DNA of 64,000 nt, from assembly GCA_012719415.1 (NCBI GenBank), contig JAAYAK010000137.1, positions 835-64,834 of the forward strand, given 5' to 3'. Origin of the DNA: Syntrophorhabdus sp. (lineage in GTDB: Bacteria > Desulfobacterota > Syntrophorhabdia > Syntrophorhabdales > Syntrophorhabdaceae). A program made the position numbers and the translations under genes. Positions within the stretch are counted from its first letter, which is position 1; every line of letters begins with the position of its first letter. Shown here in pieces: positions 62,017 through 64,000 of the stretch. A model generated the notes under the pieces. The model worked only from the letters and a program-made list of their open reading frames with translations, was not told the origin of the DNA and ran no database searches.

Positions 62017-63807
62017 TCAGGTTGCCCCTTTCTTCTTTGAGAAGAGTTTGCCGAGCCACTGCTTCTGCCGGATATCGACGGCCTTGAGCTTGTTCTCATC
62101 GATAACGGGTCCGTGGACGAGTTCCTTCGGTCCTGTCGCCTCGATGAGGTAGTCCTCTATGATAAGGTAGTCCATCTCCGTCGACATGAAGCATTTCAGG
62201 GCATCCCCGGGTGTTTCGACGATCGGTTCCCCGGCGATGTTGTACGATGTGTTGAGGATGACGGGCACGTCGGTGATGCGACCGAATTCCCTGATGAGAT
62301 CGTAGTACCTGCCGTTGTCCTCCCTTGTGACGGTCTGGACCCTGGCGGTGCCGTCTATGTGCGTGATGGCGGGCACGAGACGCCGCTTGTCCTCTCTCAC
62401 GTCGGCGATGAGGAGCATGTAGGGGCTTTCGCAGTCGAGGGCGAAATACTCGGATACCTTTTCGAGGAGGACCGACGGGGCGAAAGGCCGGAACCCTTCC
62501 CGGTGTTTCACCCTTGCATTGAGAGTATCCTTCATCTCCGGCTTTCTCGGGTCGCAGATGATGCTCCTGTGACCAAGGGCGCGCGGGCCTATCTCGCTGC
62601 CGCCCTCGAACCAGCCGAGGATCTTGCCCTCGGCCAGGAGTTCCGCGGCCTTAAGCGCCACATCCTGTTCTTTCCTGAAGCTGATGTTCTTGACACCGGC
62701 AAGGTCGGCGAGGATCTCTTCCTCGCTGTACGTTCGACCCAGGTAGGCATTGCGGAGGCGATACTTTCCGGGCGGTTCCCGATGGATAATGTGGGCGCCG
62801 TGAAGGACGCACCCCAGGGCGATCCCCGAATCGCAGGCTCCGGGCTGGATGAATATCCTTTCAAAGGGCGTGTTGTCGAGTATCTTCTTGTTCGCCACGC
62901 TGTTGAGGCCCACACCGCCGGCATAGCACAGGTTCTTCGACGGGCTTATGCGGTATAGGTGACGGGCCATTTCGATGAGGGTGTTTTCCGTCGCCGTCTG
63001 GACGGCGTAGGCGATCTCGGTGTAGACGTCGTCGGGGAGCCTTTCCTGCTCCCTCGGGGGTATGTTCGGAAAGTAGCGTTTGCGGTACAGGTCGTTGTGA
63101 CGGACGAAGTTCTTTTCGCTGCTTGCCAGGGCGACACCATCGACGATCTCCACAAAGGGCTCGCCTATCGTCTTTCCCGGCTGTCCCCCATAGGGGGCGA
63201 GGCCCATGACCTTGCCGGAGCCGAAGTCGCCGAAGTTGAGAAACACCGACGTGCCCATGTAGACAAGTCCGATGCCGTTCATGTACCCGGGAACGGTGTA
63301 GTCCTTCCTGATGCCCGTTATCTCGTTTCCCCGGGCCCGGTAGAAGGACTGGACCTCCTCGTAGTTCTTGACATCCTTGAACGGGAGCCCGCGCAGCATG
63401 AAGGGAAGCTGTTTCTCCGTTTCAATTTCCAGGGCGCTGCTTCCCAGCCCGTCGACGACCATCACGGCCGCTTCATCGAAGGGTGACGCGAAAAAGGCGC
63501 TCGCGGCATGGGCCTCGTGGTGGGAGATCGTATGGATCCTTCCCGAATAGCCCAGTTTCTCCCGGATGCTGTCACCCGTCTTGTCTCTGCCGTCCTTGCC
63601 ATAGCGGGTGACGCCCACGACGAGGTCGACATCGTTGATGTTCTTGAGTCCCATTGCCTTCAGGAGATAGTTGACGGACAACACGGGGAAATTCCCGGAG
63701 TGCTTTCGCCTGTCGACCCTCTCCTCGCCAATGGCCATCAGTTTCCCTTCCGATATGAGCGCCGCCCCGGTGTCGTGGCCGAATATGTGAAGACCCAGAA
63801 TGTTCAT
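62017..63807 (-). CDS. Carbamoyltransferase (NodU/CmcH/TobZ family)
   Basis: 596 aa. MNILGLHIFGHDTGAALI start, HHEAHAASAF, GPRALGHRSI and the C-terminal carbamoyltransferase domain. Confidence 0.9.
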   Translation of the reverse strand: MNILGLHIFGHDTGAALISEGKLMAIGEERVDRRKHSGNFPVLSVNYLLKAMGLKNINDVDLVVGVTRYGKDGRDKTGDSIREKLGYSGRIHTISHHEAHAASAFFASPFDEAAVMVVDGLGSSALEIETEKQLPFMLRGLPFKDVKNYEEVQSFYRARGNEITGIRKDYTVPGYMNGIGLVYMGTSVFLNFGDFGSGKVMGLAPYGGQPGKTIGEPFVEIVDGVALASSEKNFVRHNDLYRKRYFPNIPPREQERLPDDVYTEIAYAVQTATENTLIEMARHLYRISPSKNLCYAGGVGLNSVANKKILDNTPFERIFIQPGACDSGIALGCVLHGAHIIHREPPGKYRLRNAYLGRTYSEEEILADLAGVKNISFRKEQDVALKAAELLAEGKILGWFEGGSEIGPRALGHRSIICDPRKPEMKDTLNARVKHREGFRPFAPSVLLEKVSEYFALDCESPYMLLIADVREDKRRLVPAITHIDGTARVQTVTREDNGRYYDLIREFGRITDVPVILNTSYNIAGEPIVETPGDALKCFMSTEMDYLIIEDYLIEATGPKELVHGPVIDENKLKAVDIRQKQWLGKLFSKKKGAT

Positions 63808-63841
63808 AACCTCTCCTGACCGATCTTTGTGATGCTTGTTG

Positions 63842-63870
63842 ACTATAACAGAGCGGTTTCATACAGTCAA
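63842..63870 (-). promoter_or_regulatory. Sigma70-type promoter of the carbamoyltransferase gene
   Basis: The minus strand reads TTGACT (63870..63865), a 17-nt spacer, then TATAGT (63847..63842). It lies about 35 nt upstream of the ATG, which has a GGAGAGG Shine-Dalgarno. Confidence 0.5.
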
Positions 63871-64000
63871 CGGCAAATGGGTAAGGTGGGTAAGGCGACA
63901 ACGAAAAGGAAGGCGCCGGGCAGAGTTTTCACATTTCGGTGCGTACGCCTTTTTCCTTACCCCGTGTCCTCCTCGGTGCCGCGGTCCTCGGCAGGGTGGC

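Overview
This is a GC-rich window from a diderm (Gram-negative) bacterium, densely coding, and every confident gene lies in one of a few long co-directional blocks. My guess at the organism is an anaerobe of the Desulfobacterota / Syntrophorhabdus type, based on gene content only.

(1) 1-13.4 kb, minus strand: a classical outer-membrane/lipid A super-operon behind a near-consensus sigma70 promoter. Gene order is glycosyltransferase, tandem Kdo/WaaP-type kinase, bamA, skp, lpxD, fabZ, lpxA, Gfo/Idh/MocA oxidoreductase, lpxB, msbA, DUF374, waaA, mazG. The DUF374 gene is broken by a 1-nt slip in a 9-nt homopolymer.

(2) 13.4-22.9 kb, minus strand: nth, a Mut7-C RNase-domain protein, an MTA/SAH deaminase plus MTAP-family phosphorylase pair, a 4-gene Csu-type (SCPU) chaperone-usher pilus, and ligA.

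(3) 23.1-28.0 kb, plus strand: a tightly coupled triad of a TonB-dependent-receptor-like barrel, a YfiR/DUF4154-like periplasmic protein and a hybrid histidine kinase.

(4) 28.3-42.7 kb: secDF, a 765-aa HD-like/P-loop STAND/HEAT-repeat protein, serS, a GerMN protein, a cysteine hydrolase, tatD and addBA.

(5) 42.9-58.1 kb: the most interesting part. A LysR regulator sits divergent to a 12-gene operon. The operon combines a UbiD-family (de)carboxylase, an aryl-CoA ligase and two UPF0261 (Tm-1-like) paralogs. It also carries a three-subunit xanthine-dehydrogenase-family molybdoenzyme, an internally duplicated orphan and a split PEP-synthase-like (phenylphosphate-synthase-like) pair. An LpdD-like protein and UbiX complete it. 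It looks like an anaerobic aromatic-acid/phenolic pathway, but in a composition I cannot map onto any described one.

(6) 58.2-64.0 kb: a Tim44-like membrane protein, a UPF0016 transporter behind a clear yybP-ykoY Mn2+ riboswitch, a K+-channel-like protein, dodecin, a cNMP-binding protein and a carbamoyltransferase.

Non-coding oddities:
- a GTTCAAG tandem-repeat family at three intergenic sites
- a TAAAACC heptamer array inside an inverted repeat
- two near-identical 32-nt promoter elements 16.5 kb apart
- a ~144-nt rod-like hairpin

I saw no rRNA, tRNA, CRISPR array, transposase, integrase or phage genes. All family calls come from motif recognition by eye, with no searches run. Start codons are best guesses. 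Most other ORFs in the six-frame track are antisense or off-frame shadows of these genes.
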